Positions 61,453-64,000 of a stretch of 64,000 bases of DNA are shown piece after piece. Position numbers and translations under genes: made by a program. Location: the NCBI GenBank assembly GCA_038087875.1, contig CM075993.1:10046001-10110000 (forward strand), read 5' to 3'. This stretch comes from Malacoraja senta. Lineage: Eukaryota. Position 1 is the stretch's first letter. The number at the start of each line of letters is the position of its first letter. The notes below the pieces were generated by a model. The model was not told the origin of the DNA, made no database searches, and worked only from the letters and a program-made list of their open reading frames with translations.

Positions 61453-63056
61453 GTGGAGACACTTTTAAGAAGTATAATAAAGTTTAGCGGGCATTTAACC
61501 TACCGGTTGGTTTTCCCTGGTCCTGAAAACTCCAATGAGCCAATCAAAATGGCCGGTCAGCGAAGGAGATTGCCTACGGCTGCCCTCGACTGCCTGTAAC
61601 CAAATAGCGTCCCCACTCCACTGCACTACGAGTCAAAAAGAACCATGCCGACCAAATTTTACTCACGGCAATTTTTTCAACATGCTGAAAATTTTTCCGC
61701 AACCTAGCTGAGGCCGTGAGTATGCGGGAACTTCCCTCGAGCATGAAGGAGAGTTCCAGTGACCTCCTAGGACCATGTGTCGACCATGCTGCGGGTTTGA
61801 GTCGAGGGCAAACTCGTCTAAACTCGCAGGTTAGGTTGCTGCAGTGGGACAGCCCCTTTAAATTACTCGTGTAGGAGATTGCTTTGTCAATCATTTTAGA
61901 AATTGATGCTAATCCCTACCACTAATTGGCCTGTAATGGGTTCACTGTCAAGAAATGGTCGACACTGCTGCAGTGCTTTCTGTCCATGCCTCTACCCCCT
62001 TAAATAGTCGGCATGTGGCCTAAAGACTCACCAGCACCTTCATAGTCTGACTGAACGCCTCTTCCACACACCAAACCACGCCACCTGTGGATTTAGTCAC
62101 ATATGTCCAGGTTAGGTTAGAGATAACTAAACTGACTGTGGTGTAACTAGACCACATGGACACATACTGTAGATAACTAGAGGTGTACAAAATCATGAGA
62201 GGAATAGATCGGGTAGACGCACAGATTCTCTTGCCCAGAGTAGGAGAATGGCGAACCAGAGGACATAGTTTTAAGGTAAGGGGGGGAAAGATTTAATAGG
62301 AACCTGAGGGGTAACTTTTTCACACACAGGGTGGTGGGTGTATGGAACGAGCTTCCAAAGGAGGTAGTTGAGGCAGGAACTATCGCAACGTTTAAGAAAC
62401 ATTTAGACAGGTACATGGATAGGACAGGTTTTGTGTCATATGTGGCCAAACACAGGCAGGTGGGACTAGTGTAGATGGGACATGTTAGTCGGTGTGAGCA
62501 AGTTGGGCCGAAGGGCCAGTTTCCATGTTGGATGACTCTATGACTCCACGACATACAGCATGAAAACAGGCACTTCAGCCCATCGAGTCCACATTGACCT
62601 TCAATCGCCCCTTCAAGCCATTTCTCTGCTATCCCTCTTTCACATGTGCTCCCTGCACAAAGGCCAACCAACCTACAAAGCCGCACATCAGTGGCATGTG
62701 GGAGGAGACTGAAGGAAACCCACACGATCACGGGGAGAACATGCAAACTCTACACAGACAGCATCCGAGGTCAGGATGGAATGTTTCTGACCCATGTTCG
62801 CCGGAGACACTGCCTGACCAGCTGAGCTACTCCTGCACTTACAGCAGTGTTTTGTTCCCAGAAGCACATAACTGGCTGCTAGATCAATGCATGATCTAGT
62901 TTCATGCATTCATTTTCCTTGATAAAATGTTTCAAATTTGCCGCCTATCCATGTGGATGTGCCATTTTTCCCCCCAATTAACATAACTCCCTTCCCCTTG
63001 AAGGGTTCGGAGTGCGAAAGGTCTGTGGAAATAAACACAATGAATTTTAAAATCTA

Positions 63057-63240
63057 TGTGTATGAAGGGACTGCGGATGCTGGTTTAAACCAAAGATAGA
63101 CACAAAAGCTGGATTAACTCAACGGGACAGGCAGCATCTCTGGAGAGAAGGAATGGGTGACATTTCGGGTCTGAAGAAGGGTCTCGACCCACAACGTCAC
63201 CCATTCCTTCTCTCCAGAGATGCTGCCTGTCCCGCTGAGT
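63057..63240. mobile_element. Penelope-derived inverted-repeat element ~110 nt upstream of exon 6
   Basis: Opposed arms meeting at ttcgggtctgaagaagggtctcgacc. Confidence 0.8.
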
Positions 63241-63353
63241 GATAGAATCGTGGAGTGATACAGATGTGGAAACAGTGATACAGATGTGGAAAGATGTGTC
63301 CATCTTTGGTTTTAAATCTATTCTTCTTATTCTGTTGCCTGTTATTTTTCCAG

Positions 63354-63375
63354 CACATTTCACATTCGGATCTGA
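63354..63375 (+). CDS. CIB2: CIB2 terminal coding exon 6 (S-TFHIRI-stop)
   Basis: Long pyrimidine tract and ttttccAG acceptor. C ACA TTT CAC ATT CGG ATC TGA completes the conserved CIB2/3 C-terminus PDFLSTFHIRI*. Confidence 0.93.
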
Positions 63376-64000
63376 AGGGCCGAGACGGGACTGGTGTACA
63401 AGAAGGCAGGTGCACGCAAGGTCAGGGCCGACCCCCCCCCCTCTGATCTCTCAACCCTCTGGAACTATCGTGTACAGGTGGCACAGCTGGTTGGAACTGC
63501 AGGGAAAGAGCGGCCTGCCTCTCTCTCTCTCTCTCTCTCTCCTCCTCCTCGTCATGTCCATCTGAGAACAGGCTGGATCGCTGATAGTTCCAGCATCTGC
63601 TCCCTCTGCTTGGAAACCCGAAGAGCAGGTGACCGACCGACCGACCGATCTTCACGTCAGCAGTGTTCCTGAACTACTCTCTTGAATTTCTCACTGAAGG
63701 CAGTGACAGTGAAGGGCATTCACTCCAGGAAGCACAGGCAGATTCTAGGGCTAAATCCTCTTTGTCAGTATTTTATATCACAACACACTTTGCCCTCTAC
63801 TGGGGTTTCAAGGAAACCTTTCTATATCCCCACTGTTTTGTAATCGCTTGCTGCAGATGTTTAGGGTATTAACTTTCATTCAGAGTTGTTTGTTGTAAAT
63901 CGCCGGTTTTGGTGATTCTTCATTGCAGCAGCTTCCTCATGGACTGTGCGACCAGTGTGTGTCCCTGCCCCCTCAACGCATCTCCCCTCGACACCTGAGT
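63376..64000 (+). other. CIB2: CIB2 3' UTR (runs off the window); contains (CT)n at ~63518-63541
   Basis: Follows the TGA at 63373-63375. No recognisable TE and no AATAAA seen before the window end. Confidence 0.7.

Overview
Vertebrate nuclear DNA, almost certainly a cartilaginous fish (probably a skate/ray, inferred from abundant HE1-type V-SINEs and HER1/CR1 LINE ends). The window holds coding exons 2-6 of a calcium- and integrin-binding protein gene, best called CIB2, on the + strand (11417-63375; exon sizes 35/112/148/196/22 nt, all GT-AG). Exon 1 was not found and is presumed upstream. The introns are mostly transposable-element debris: about 20 HE1 SINEs, CR1/HER1 and Rex1/Babar LINE 3' ends, a Penelope-like GIY-YIG fragment with many short inverted-repeat derivatives, PIF/Harbinger-type MITEs, a complete non-autonomous Helitron and old DeuSINE remnants. 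Most notable: (1) two copies of a ~130-155 bp retroposon headed by a minimal HDV-like (CPEB3-type) ribozyme fold, one in the sense of the CIB2 pre-mRNA; (2) minimal hammerhead-ribozyme cores in the Penelope-derived repeats; (3) a ~560 bp piece of intron 2 copied into intron 5 inside a chimeric CR1 insertion. All calls were made by eye, with no database search or folding program.
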